A stretch of 64,000 bases of DNA. Source: an uncultured delta proteobacterium (GTDB lineage: Bacteria; Desulfobacterota; Syntrophorhabdia; Syntrophorhabdales; WCHB1-27). The translations under genes were made by a program, and so were the position numbers. Positions 1 through 9,654 of the stretch are shown here, piece after piece. Within the stretch, counting starts at the first letter, position 1; the number at the start of each line of letters is the position of its first letter. The notes under the pieces were generated by a model, which saw only the letters and a list, made by a program, of their open reading frames with translations, did not search any database and was not told the origin of the DNA. Location: assembly GCA_963749525.1 (NCBI GenBank), contig CAVVNC010000029.1, positions 140-64,139 on the forward strand, given 5' to 3'.

Positions 1-519
1 GGCTTGAGCAGCGATGTGTGGAAAATACTGACGCCCGCAGATTTCGAGGCTGCCTGCAAGAAGGACAAACTCGAGATCCGCAAGAACGACTGGGTGGTAG
101 TGGATACCGGGTTTCATCATTACTGGAGAAAGAACAACGACAAGTACTACAACTATTATCCCGGAATGGGCCCCGAAGTTGCAAAGTGGCTCATTCACGA
201 CAAGAAGATAAAGGGCATAACCGGCACCTGGGGCGCAACCGATTCTCCCCTTTGGCATTATCCTCTCAAAGAGCAGATGCCATGGCTCGATAAGGCGTAT
301 CGCCAGGCAACGGGCAACGACCCGGACAAGCTGTATCCCGACTATGAGCCGTGCCACCGTATGTTCATGCAGGCAGGCGTCGCAACAGTTGAGAACGCGG
401 GCGGCGATGTCGACGAGGTCGCAGGTAAACGTATGATTATTGCGGCATTCCCGTTCCGCTGCGAGATGGCCGACGGCGGCTTTGTGAGATTGGTTGCTTG
501 GGACGAAGGCTCTTTCTAA
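1..519 (+). CDS. putative-cyclase (kynurenine-formamidase-like fold) family protein, C-terminal part; 5' end outside window
   Basis: The frame-1 ORF is open from base 1 to the TAA at 517-519; the track start at 4 is only an internal TTG. VVVDTGFHHYW...GMGPEVAKWLI...GVATVENAGGDVDEV...IIAAFPFRCEMADGGFVRLVAW resembles the C-terminal half of cyclase-family hydrolases. The metal-binding HxGTHxD motif would lie upstream of the window, so the family call rests on recollection only. Confidence 0.5.
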   Translation, partial: GLSSDVWKILTPADFEAACKKDKLEIRKNDWVVVDTGFHHYWRKNNDKYYNYYPGMGPEVAKWLIHDKKIKGITGTWGATDSPLWHYPLKEQMPWLDKAYRQATGNDPDKLYPDYEPCHRMFMQAGVATVENAGGDVDEVAGKRMIIAAFPFRCEMADGGFVRLVAWDEGSF

Positions 520-922
520 GTTTCGTCTGAGCCGTTATTCTGACCCTTGTTAGAAAAAGGCGCCCTTTGCCCGGAAGCGCGAAAGACTCTCTTGGAGAGC
601 ATCAACGGGAGTCCGGGCAACGTCCCCGGTCAGGAGCCTGCCGTCCCTTTTGGCTCGCCGTAATGTTCGAGGCGGGAAAGTTCGCGCTGGAACAGTGCGG
701 CGAGCGGGGAAGGAGATCGTCTGTGGCGCTTTGAGACCGCGGGCCCTCTCGCTTGAGGAGCCGTGCGGGCATCCCGTTAAGATCGGCTGTGGACGAACCG
801 GCGCCTGCTATTCCTGTGCGGGTGTCCCGGTAGCTGCCGTATTTTCCTTTTCGTCGGGGGGAGGCTCGCCGGGCTTCCCCTGTTAGAGGGGGCGCGAACC
901 CCCATAATTGAAGGAGTGTGCC

Positions 923-1696
923 ATGAAAGATATGTTTCGGTTGGACGGTAAGGTAGCGGTTGTGGTCGGTGGAGCGGGCGGCATCGGAGAGTCGTGCGCA
1001 ATCGCCCTGGCGAGCCGTGGGGCGAAGGTTGTGGTTGCGGACCTCGCCGCTGCGTCTGAGAAGCTTGATGGCGTAGTCAAAAAAATTGCATCGGAAACGG
1101 GATCACAGGCCTCTGCGATGACGGTTGACGTGACCTCGGAAGAGAGCACCTCGAACCTCGCGGCGCAGGTTGTGCAGAAATACGGGACGGTCGATATCCT
1201 GGTCAATGCCCACGGAATCAATCTGAAAGTGGCCGCGGTCGACATCCCGGTTGCCGGCTGGGACAACCTTTTTGCCGTGAACGTGAAGGGTACGATGCTT
1301 ACCTGCAAGGCCTTCGGCAAGATCTTCGTCGAGAAGAAGAAAGGAAAGATCATCAACCTTTCGTCGATCCGCGGCATTAGAGGGACCGACGGCGGCAACG
1401 CGGTGTACGGAGCAACCAAAGGCGCGGTCGATATGATCACCCAGATGCTCGCGGCAGAATGGGCGCCGTATGGCGTCAATGTGAATGCCATCGGCCCTTC
1501 CGTGATCATGACGGACATGATAAAGAAGAACGTTGCCCCCGAGCGGCTCAAGATGCTCCTGTCGAAAGTGCCTTTGGGGCGTTTCGCGAATGTTGAGGAG
1601 GTCTCGGCCGTCTGCGTCTACCTCGCGTCCTCTGAAGCGGATTTTGTGACGGGTCAGATCCTCTACGTAGACGGGGGACTTACCGCTGTCGGATAG
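923..1696 (+). CDS. short-chain dehydrogenase/reductase (SDR) family oxidoreductase
   Basis: ATG 923 lies 7 nt after GAAGGAG (909-915). It has the Rossmann motif VVVGGAGGIG and the catalytic Ser...YGATK (YxxxK), typical of a classical SDR of about 257 aa. Confidence 0.85.
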   Translation: MKDMFRLDGKVAVVVGGAGGIGESCAIALASRGAKVVVADLAAASEKLDGVVKKIASETGSQASAMTVDVTSEESTSNLAAQVVQKYGTVDILVNAHGINLKVAAVDIPVAGWDNLFAVNVKGTMLTCKAFGKIFVEKKKGKIINLSSIRGIRGTDGGNAVYGATKGAVDMITQMLAAEWAPYGVNVNAIGPSVIMTDMIKKNVAPERLKMLLSKVPLGRFANVEEVSAVCVYLASSEADFVTGQILYVDGGLTAVG

Positions 1697-1725
1697 AGCC
1701 CGAAGGGAGAAAGGAGAATTCGCCT

Positions 1726-2671
1726 ATGAACAAAGATGATATCAAGAAAGTTGCGGTCATAGGGGCCGGGACAATGGGCCATGGCATAGCGCAATCCTTT
1801 GCTCAGGCGGGATACCAGGTATTCCTGATGGCAAGGAGAACGCAGTCTCTGGAGCGGGCCTCCGCGTTGATCAAGTCGAGTCTGGATTCCATGGCGCAGG
1901 CGGAGTATATTGACAGAAAGCGCATCCCTGAGATCTTAAGCCGGATAACGTATACCACGTCCCTCGAGGAAGCGGCCAAAGATGCCGATCTTGCCTTCGA
2001 GACCGTGGCCGAGGACAAGCAGGCGAAGATAGACACTTTTGCCCGCTTGGACGCACTGTGCCCTCCCCGGGCCCTGCTCGCGAGCAACACGACGTTCATG
2101 AATATCTTCGACTTCGTTGAAACGTCCCGTCCCGGAAAGGTGCTTATTGCCCACTGGTACTCCCCTCCCCAGATCATTCCCCTCGTCGATGTCGTGAAGG
2201 GACCCCAGACGGATCCGGCCAGCGTTCAGTTGATGGCCGAGGTGCTCAAAGGCGATCGGCAAGAAGCCGGTCGTCTTCAACAGGATGGTCTCCGGCTACG
2301 TGGTGAGCCGTCTTCAATTCGCCTTTCAGCGGGAGGTCCTCTGGCTTCTCGACAACGACTATCTGTCGCCGGAGGAGCTGGATGACGCGGCAAAATGGGG
2401 CCTTGCCATGCGCATGATGATCGTCGGAGTGGTTCAGCGCTTCGACTTCGGCGGGCTCGACTTGAGCGCTCGTAACCTGGAGAAGCCTTCTTTTCCACCG
2501 ACTCCGATCGAGTACATGCCGAAGAAGATCTTCGAGTTGGTGAAGGAGGGTCATCTGGGGGTCAAGTCGGGAAAGGGCTTTTACGATTACACAGGGAGAA
2601 GCGAGGCAGAGGTGTGCGCCGAGAGGGATACGAAGCTTCTCAAGTTGCTCAAGTTTCTCGAAAATCTCTAA
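1726..2671 (+). pseudogene. 3-hydroxyacyl-CoA (3-hydroxybutyryl-CoA) dehydrogenase family gene, interrupted by a +1 frameshift (or sequencing error)
   Basis: The N-terminal ORF 1726..2385 carries VAVIGAGTMGHGIAQ (NAD fold). The C-terminal ORF in frame 2 carries IGKKPVVFNRMVSGYVVSRLQ...GKGFYDY. The two join as ...AEVLK|AIGKKPVV if one G is removed at 2251-2252 (ctcaaaGGcgatc). Confidence 0.8.
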
Positions 2672-2696
2672 CTAAGGGTGTGATTGGGAGGAGAGG

Positions 2697-5221
2697 ATGT
2701 CCGAACAAGTTTTTACCAATTGTACTACCGAAGGCCCAATACAGGTGTATGTCCGTGACGGCAAGGTTGTCAGGATACGGCCTCTCGTTGCCGACGAGAA
2801 GGATTTCAAGCCCTGGACCATCGAGGCCGGAGGCAGAACATATACCCCCCCGACGAAATTCCATCTCGCCCCTTTTATCCATGCGGAGAGGATACGGCTC
2901 TATTCGGAAGACCGGATCAAGTATCCCATGAAGAGAAAGGACTTCGATCCGAAGGGCAAGAGGAACCAGGAGAAGAGAGGCATATCGGGGTATGAGCGCA
3001 TAAGCTGGGACGAGGCGCTCGACATCGTCTCAGGCGAGATCAAGCGCATCAGAGAAAAGCACGGCGGCGCTGCCATAACCGGGCTCACCTCTTCCCACCA
3101 CAACTGGGGAATAGTCGGCTACAAGATGGGGCCCTTTGCCCGCTTCATGGACATGCTGGAATACACGCCCGTCTTCGATAATCCCGACAGCTGGGAAGGC
3201 TGGCACTGGGGCGCGCCTCATACCTATGGGTTCTTCTGGCGGCTCGGCATGCCGGAGCAGTACGATCTCCTCCAGGACGTGCTGAAGAACACGGAGATGA
3301 TCGTATTATGGTCGAACGACCCTGACAGCACAAGGGCCATCTATTCTGCTCAGGATGCCGTGCAGTGGCGGCAGTGGCTGAAGGAAAAGGGGGTCAAGAT
3401 GGTCGTCATCGATCCCTTCTTCAACTACACCGCCGCCCACATGGACCACGCCAAGTGGTTCCCCTTGCGGCCCGATTCCGGCGCCGCCCTGGCCCAGGCC
3501 ATCGCATACGTGTGGATCACGGAAGAGACCTACGACAAGGATTATGTAGCCAAGAGAACCGTGGGCTTCGAGGAGTTCAAGAACCACATACTGGGCAAGG
3601 ATGACGGGATACCGAAGACTCCCGAGTGGGCTTCCGAGGAGTCGGCCATTCCCGCGAGAAGGATAAGGGCCCTCGCCAGGGAATGGGCTTCCAAGAGAAC
3701 GGTCCTTTCCGGGGGCACCCGGGGCGGCGAGGGAAGCGCCTGCCGGCAGGCCTATGCGACGGAATTGGCGAGGATGATGATCCTCCTCCAGGCGATGCAG
3801 GGTCTGGGCAAGCCCGGGGTAGCTATTTGGGGTACCACCATGGGCGCCCCTTCGAATACAACCATATTCTTTCCCGGATATGCCGATCCCGATTCACGGA
3901 TGGGCATGTCGCGCGCGGCAGACAGGAAGATGGCGACCCCCACCAAGCAGCGCCTCTACCGGATCACCCTGCCGGAGGCCATACTCAATCCCCCCATAGA
4001 ATGGGATGGCGAAGGGTTCTGCGGCCAGTCCATCGAGCAGCAGTTCACCCATTACGTCTATCCCATGGAGGGGTATCCCGAGGTGAAGATGTTCTACCGC
4101 TACGGGAGCAGCTTCATCGGGACCATGGTGGACACGAGCAAGTGGGTGCGCATGTACCAGAGCCCCAAGCTCGAGTTCGTGGTGAATCAGGACTGCTGGT
4201 GGGGCGGCGAGACGGGTTTTGCCGACATCGTTCTTCCGGCATGCACGAACCTCGAACGGGAAGACATATCGGAAGCGTGGACCTCCGGCGGGTACAGCAT
4301 GCACGGATGCAGCGGGAATAACTTCAGGGTTCTCGTGCGGATGAAGAAATGCATCGAGCCTCTCTGGGAATCAAAATCCGACTACGAGATATTCACCCTG
4401 ATCTCGGATAGGCTCGGCATGAAGGATATCTACACCGAGGGCAAGACCGACGTTGACTGGGCGAAGAGAGTTCTTCGAGCATATCGGACGCTCCCAAGCT
4501 TATCACCTGGGAGGAGCTCGAGAAGAAAGGCTATTACATCATCAACCCCGAAGAGGACCACAAGCCCACCCCCGCCCTGCGCTGGTTCGCCGAGGGACGC
4601 CCCTGCGACACCCCCGACCCGATGAACAAGAAGAGGGGCACTGACAAGGGCGATGAGCTGGGCACTTACAGCGGTAAGATCGAATTCGTCTCCCAGAGCC
4701 TTCTCAAGCAGTGGCCCGACGATGATGAGCGGCCGCCGCTCCCCCACCATATTCCGAGCTGGGAGGGGTACCGGAGCGAGCTCTACAAGAAGTATCCCCT
4801 TCAGCTCATCAGCCCCCATCCCCGGTTTTCATTTCATACCCACTATGACAAGCACACGAAATGGCTCAATGAGATACCCGGCTCACAGGATCATGAAAGA
4901 CGGATACGCCTGGTGGCCTGCCCGCGTCCATCCCCGGGACGCCAGGCCAGGGGAATCAAGAACAACGACATCATCAAGCTCTACAACGACCGGGGGGCGG
5001 TCCTCTGCATTGCGGTTATCACGGAGAGGGTGCTGCCGGGCATTATCCACAGCTATGCCTCTTCTGCCAACTACGATCCTCTCGAGCCGGGCAAGGCAAA
5101 ATCGATCGACCGGGGCGGGTGCGTGAACCTCCTCACGCCGTCGCGGATGGTGTCGAGACACGCGCCGGGCATGGCGCCCAATTCATGCCTCATCGAGATA
5201 GTGAAATGGGAGGAGGAGTAG
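2697..5221 (+). pseudogene. pyrogallol hydroxytransferase (transhydroxylase) large-subunit-like molybdopterin enzyme, four frameshifts
   Basis: It matches, along its whole length, my recollection of Pelobacter acidigallici AthL. Shared features: no N-terminal Cys cluster, no Tat signal, LTSSHHNWGIVGY (the Mo-ligand Ser region), NPDSWEGWHWG, ISPHPRFSFHT, DRGGCVNLLTP. The reading frame goes 3->1->2->3->2. There are extra bases near 4465 and 4486-4487 (restoring WAREFFEHIDAPKLITWEELEKKGYY), an extra T at 4883 and a missing A near 4944 (restoring IPGHRIMKDGYAWWPARVHPRDAKARGIKNND). Confidence 0.8.
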
Positions 5222-5223
5222 AG

Positions 5224-6157
5224 ATGGCCAGATACGGCATGCTCATCAATATCGACAAGTGCAACGGCTGCTACAATTGCTTCCTTGCCTGCAGGGATGA
5301 GTTTGAAGGCAATGACTACCCCCACTATTCCGCTGCCCAGCCCGCCGAAGGCAAGTCATGGATGAAGGTAACCGAAAAGGAGCGGGGATCGGTCCCCAAG
5401 GTAAAGGTCGATTATATACCAATGCCCTGTCTCCACTGCGCGGACGCGCCGTGCGTCAACAAGTCCATTGACAAGTCCGTCTACAGGCGGCCTGACGGCA
5501 TCGTCATCATCGATCCTGAAAAAGCGAAGGGCAAGAAGGATATTCTCGTCAATTGTCCCCACCGGGTCATCTACTGGAACGAAGAAAAGAACCTGCCCCA
5601 GAAGTGTACCTTCTGCGCCCACCTCCTCGATATGGGCTGGAAGGAGCCCCGCTGCGTCGAGGCGTGCCCGGATGAGGCGCTGGTGTTCGGAGACCTTGAC
5701 GATCCGGAAAGCGAGATCTCCCGGCTCATCGCTTCTTCCCCCACAGAAGAGCTTAACCCCGCCTTCGCCCTGAAGCCCAGTGTGAGATATATTGACCTGC
5801 CCAAGAGATTCATCGCAGGCGAGGTAGCGCTCGCAGACAAGCCGGGCGAATGTGGTGCCGCCATTACCGTGCAATTGAAGAACGGCGCCGCAACAATCGA
5901 ATGCAAGACGGACAGCTTCGGGGATTTCGAGTTCGACGGGCTAAAAACCTCGGAAACGTACGTGATACGCAGCCCAAAAGGATACAAGGCTGTGGAAAGC
6001 CGTGTACTTATGAGTAAAGTGGATGATAGAAAAAAATGCGATCGCCCATAAAGGATACAGGGCTGTGGAAATGCCTGTCGTCACTTACTCCGACGTAAAC
6101 GTGGGTGTCATCGAGCTAAAGCCGTCGAAGAAGCGGCAGCCCGCGACGAAGCAGTAA
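5224..6157 (+). pseudogene. pyrogallol hydroxytransferase small (beta, 3x[4Fe-4S] + C-terminal Ig-like domain) subunit-like; 3' end disrupted by a 73-bp insertion
   Basis: ATG 5224 follows GGGAGGAGGAG. MARYGMLINIDKCNGCYNCFLAC..., PCLHCADAPC and CTFCAHLLD...CVEACP are ferredoxin-type Cys motifs, as in Pelobacter BthL. The annotated ORF stops at 6051 after ...KGYKAVESRVLMSKVDDRKKCDRP*. The homologous C-terminus KGYRAVEMPVVTYSDVNVGVIELKP...* continues in frame 2 to the TAA at 6155-6157. Confidence 0.75.
5977..6122 (+). repeat. degenerate 73-bp tandem duplication of the beta-subunit 3' coding end
   Basis: aaaggatacaRggctgtggaaa occurs at 5977-5998 and again at 6050-6071 (1 mismatch). The rest of unit 1 (5999-6049, AT-rich) aligns as a decayed copy of unit 2 (acttatgag-taaagtgg vs acttactccgacgtaaacgtgg). 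The period is 73, not a multiple of 3. Confidence 0.6.
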
Positions 6158-6230
6158 GAGAGTAAGGGGGTTGGATTAACCTCCGATGAAGAATGACGAC
6201 GAATAGAGGAGCAGAGGTAGGAGGGAGAAA

Positions 6231-8435
6231 ATGAACGGACTGAAGAGATTCTTCCATCCCGAGTCCATTGCGGTAGTCGGTGCGTCTGAGGCATTGACTT
6301 CGTATGGCACCCGCTATATTCAGGCGCTCATCGACTTCGGCTTCGAGGGAAGAAGGATCTATGCGGTCAATCACAGCGGGAACGAGGTTCTCGGTCGCAA
6401 GATATACCGCTCGGTTCTCGAGATTCCGGAGAGCGTCGATCTGGTGTGCGTTTGCGTGGGAGCCCGCTTTGTCCCTGATATTTTGCGTGATTGTCTCAAG
6501 AAGGGCGTGAAGGCAGCGATCGTCCTCTCCGCCGGATTTCGCGAGTTCGGGGAAGAGGGGCGTATTCTTGAAGAGCAAGTAGCGGAGATAGCAAGGCAGG
6601 GCATCCGGGTGATGGGACCCAACTGTTTCGGGACGTATTGCCCGGCCGGAAAGATCACGGTCGTTCCCGGTGGGGGTTTTCCGAAGCAGTCCGGGGGTAC
6701 GGCGCTCATCGCGCAGAGCGGTCAGCTGTCAGAAGGCATCACCGGACGCTCTTTTGGAGAAGGCATCAGATACTCCAAAGTGGCGAGCTACGGCAATGCT
6801 TGCAACATTAACGAGGCCGATCTCCTTGAATATCTTATGGAAGACGGAGACACCAAGGTCATCGCCTCCTATCTGGAGGGAGTGAGGGACGGTAGAAGGT
6901 TTTTCGAGATAGCCCGCGCGAATGCGGGGAGGAAGCCTCTTCTGATCTGGAAAGTCGGTCTCACCAAGTCAGGGGCGGCCGCCGCCTCTTCACACACAGG
7001 CTCCCTCGCGGGCGCAACCGCGGTGTGGGATGCCTTTTTCCGGCAGACTCGCGCAACGAGGATAGGCGGCCTTGAGGAGTTGATAGATGCGATGGTCAGT
7101 TTCTCATGTCTGCCCGAGGGCTGCGGCCTCAGGGTCGCGCTCGTGAGTGGGGGCGGCGCAGGCGCCGTGATAGGTGCGGACGCATGCGAGGCATCGGGCA
7201 TGCAAATGCCTGTGCTCGGTCCTCAGACGATTGCGCGGCTTCATGAGGTACTTCCCCCGGTCGGCACGTCTCTCAAGAATCCCCTCGACATGGGTAACCC
7301 CCATCCGCCCTTGCAGGTCTTGAGGTCCGTTCTCGAGGCAGTGGCCGCAGACGACGCCGTCGATGTCGTGCTCATAAGACGCATATTCTTTTCAATAAAG
7401 ACGAGCAAGATATTCTCCGGCACTACATCTGCCACCGAGGAAGAGCAGGAAGAGCTGCTCCGGATACCCGTTGAAGTGATGAACAAATTCAAGAAGCCCG
7501 TGGTGATCATACTGCCCGACGAGCTTACCGGTCCGGAGAATATCGATTTGGAGGAAGACAGGCGGAAGATCCGTGACTACTTCTTCGCTCACAATATCCC
7601 GGTTTATCTCTCGGAGCTGAGGGCTTTCGCAGCCCTCTCCCGCCTCGCCGCCTTCAAAACAACGCGCGTCGAAGGCGCACGAACCGCTAAAGACAGGCCG
7701 GTCGAAGCGTCGCCAAAAGGCAGGGCCGTTTTTTCGGACATCGTCGAGGCATCGTCAACGACTATCCTCGATGAGCTGCAAAGCAAGAAAGTCATGAAGG
7801 AATACGGCATCGATGTGACGGAGCCTGTTCTGGCGGAATCAAAAAAAGCCGCCGTAGCAGCCGCTGAGAAGATCGGATACCCGGTGGTGATGAAGATAGT
7901 CTCCCCGCAGATTACCCACAAAAGCGACATCGGCGGAGTACAAGTCGGCCTCGCGACCAAAGGCGCTGTCTCGAGGGGCTACTCCGAGATCATGGCAGCA
8001 GCCTCTGCCAAGGCGCCGGGCGCTTCAGTCACCGGGGTGTCCGTTCAGAAGATGGCGCCCTCCGGCCTGGAGCTTGTGATCGGGATGAACAAGGATGCGC
8101 AGTTCGGACCGGTGCTGATGTTCGGCCTCGGGGGAACGCTGGTGGAGGTCCTCAAGGATGTCACATTCAGGATCGTGCCGCTCACGGGACAGGATGCGAA
8201 AGCAATGATCAAGGAGATAAGGGCCTATCGCCTTCTTGAGGGATACCGGGGGCAGCCTGCCGTGGACATTCGCCATCTCGAGGAATTGCTGCTCAAAGTC
8301 TCCGCAATGATAGAAGATAATCCCGAAATCAAGGAGATGGACATCAACCCGCTCATTGCTTACGAAAGCGGCGCTATTGCCGTCGACGCGAGAATCATTC
8401 TGGAAGAGGATGCAGTCAGAGCGTCGGGAAAATAA
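6231..8435 (+). CDS. acetate/acyl--CoA ligase (ADP-forming), fused alpha+beta domains (CoA-binding, ligase-CoA, ATP-grasp)
   Basis: 734-aa intact ORF with RBS GGAGGGA. The N-terminus FFHPESIAVVGAS (CoA-binding) is followed by MGPNCFG and a C-terminal ATP-grasp region (KKVMKEYGIDV...YPVVMKIVSPQITHKSDIGGV). Confidence 0.85.
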   Translation: MNGLKRFFHPESIAVVGASEALTSYGTRYIQALIDFGFEGRRIYAVNHSGNEVLGRKIYRSVLEIPESVDLVCVCVGARFVPDILRDCLKKGVKAAIVLSAGFREFGEEGRILEEQVAEIARQGIRVMGPNCFGTYCPAGKITVVPGGGFPKQSGGTALIAQSGQLSEGITGRSFGEGIRYSKVASYGNACNINEADLLEYLMEDGDTKVIASYLEGVRDGRRFFEIARANAGRKPLLIWKVGLTKSGAAAASSHTGSLAGATAVWDAFFRQTRATRIGGLEELIDAMVSFSCLPEGCGLRVALVSGGGAGAVIGADACEASGMQMPVLGPQTIARLHEVLPPVGTSLKNPLDMGNPHPPLQVLRSVLEAVAADDAVDVVLIRRIFFSIKTSKIFSGTTSATEEEQEELLRIPVEVMNKFKKPVVIILPDELTGPENIDLEEDRRKIRDYFFAHNIPVYLSELRAFAALSRLAAFKTTRVEGARTAKDRPVEASPKGRAVFSDIVEASSTTILDELQSKKVMKEYGIDVTEPVLAESKKAAVAAAEKIGYPVVMKIVSPQITHKSDIGGVQVGLATKGAVSRGYSEIMAAASAKAPGASVTGVSVQKMAPSGLELVIGMNKDAQFGPVLMFGLGGTLVEVLKDVTFRIVPLTGQDAKAMIKEIRAYRLLEGYRGQPAVDIRHLEELLLKVSAMIEDNPEIKEMDINPLIAYESGAIAVDARIILEEDAVRASGK

Positions 8436-8498
8436 CGGGACGGGGCCACATACTCAAGTGGCCTATAGGAAAGAGACAAACCAAAAAGGAGGAATGTC

Positions 8499-9338
8499 AT
8501 GAGAAAGGTCATAATTACCGTGTCATTGACGGGCGGCGTTCAGTCGAAGAAAGAGACCCCTTATCTGCCGGAACAGCCGGACGAGATCTCGGCCGACGCG
8601 TACGCCTGTTATAACGAGGGCGCTGCTGTTGCCCATATTCATGCACGGGACAAGAACGGCGCACCATCGGGTGATGTGGCGATATTCAAGGATATCCACG
8701 CAGCGATCCGGGCAAAATGCCCCATGATCATTCAGGATAGCACCGGCGGCGGCCCTGGTCTTACCTTCGAGCAGAGGCTCGAGTGCCTCGACGCGAAGCC
8801 CGAGATGGCATCGCTGAACATAGGCTCCATGCTGCGGACCATCGGCAAGACCGCCGGCACCACGTGGGCCAATCCCCGGCCGGAGCTCGAGAGGTTCGCT
8901 CAGGAGATGGCCAAGAAGGGCGTCAAGCCGGAGTTGGAGATCTACCACCACGGCATGATCAGGGAGATGAAGAACTTCATCGATAAGGGGCTCATCCAGA
9001 AGCCATACTATGTCAATCTCGTCATGGGCATGGCCTATCAGGGAGCAGTCGAAGCCTCGGCCGACAACCTTGTGACCCTTGTCCAGCTTCTGCCCCAGGG
9101 CACGATCTTCAACTGCTGTGCGGTCGGAAGGATGCAGGTTCCCATCACCACCATGGCGGTGCTCCTTGGCGGGCAGTGCAGGGTCGGCATGGAGGACAAC
9201 ATCTACATGTCCAAGGGGGTGCTCGCGAAGAACAATGCCGAGATGGTGGCGAAGAGCATCCGCATCATCAAAGACCTGGGCTTTGAGATAGCCTCACCGG
9301 AAGAAGCCAGGGAGATCATAGGACTGCCCAAACCGTGA
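8499..9338 (+). CDS. beta-keto acid cleavage enzyme (BKACE / DUF849, 3-keto-5-aminohexanoate cleavage enzyme family)
   Basis: RBS AAAGGAGG. IITVSLTGG...PYLPEQPDEIS...GAAVAHIHARD...GMEDNIY match the BKACE TIM-barrel Zn-site pattern (HxH...E). Confidence 0.8.
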   Translation: MRKVIITVSLTGGVQSKKETPYLPEQPDEISADAYACYNEGAAVAHIHARDKNGAPSGDVAIFKDIHAAIRAKCPMIIQDSTGGGPGLTFEQRLECLDAKPEMASLNIGSMLRTIGKTAGTTWANPRPELERFAQEMAKKGVKPELEIYHHGMIREMKNFIDKGLIQKPYYVNLVMGMAYQGAVEASADNLVTLVQLLPQGTIFNCCAVGRMQVPITTMAVLLGGQCRVGMEDNIYMSKGVLAKNNAEMVAKSIRIIKDLGFEIASPEEAREIIGLPKP

Positions 9339-9654
9339 GGACTGACGAGCAGGCATAGGAGAGCCGGGCGCTAAAAGACGACATCCGCGCTCCCTGGTCG
9401 TGAGGCCCGAGAGTCCTGACCTTACCGGCCGTCAGCATAGGGGCTCGTATTTGTTGACAAGGGGACGTCGCTCCTATACGCTTTTTGCGGTAGTAGCCGA
9501 TAGTCGGGACTTTCAGGCTTGCTGAAAAACGAAGGCAGCCCGGACCGGCAAGGGTCTTTTCCGGACGGTTCAGGAACCGTCTGGAAGAGACCCGCTGCTT
9601 CGTTTGATTCGAATGGTTTGCCTTCGCGGCAAACGTCGAAAAAGGAGGAAATCC

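Noticed and set aside
650-1001. ORFs 650..886 (+) and 777..1001 (-) in the 400-bp gap before the SDR gene
   Set aside because: They have no RBS, and their Arg/Gly/Pro/Cys-rich translations are not protein-like. The region is more likely a regulatory intergenic region. I looked for sigma54 (GG-N10-GC) and riboswitch-like features but found nothing beyond chance matches.
5119-5223. N-terminal extension of the beta-subunit ORF (track start 5119)
   Set aside because: The extension overlaps the 3' end of the alpha-subunit gene in another frame. A strong RBS (GGGAGGAGGAG) precedes ATG 5224, and homology starts at MARYGMLINIDKC.
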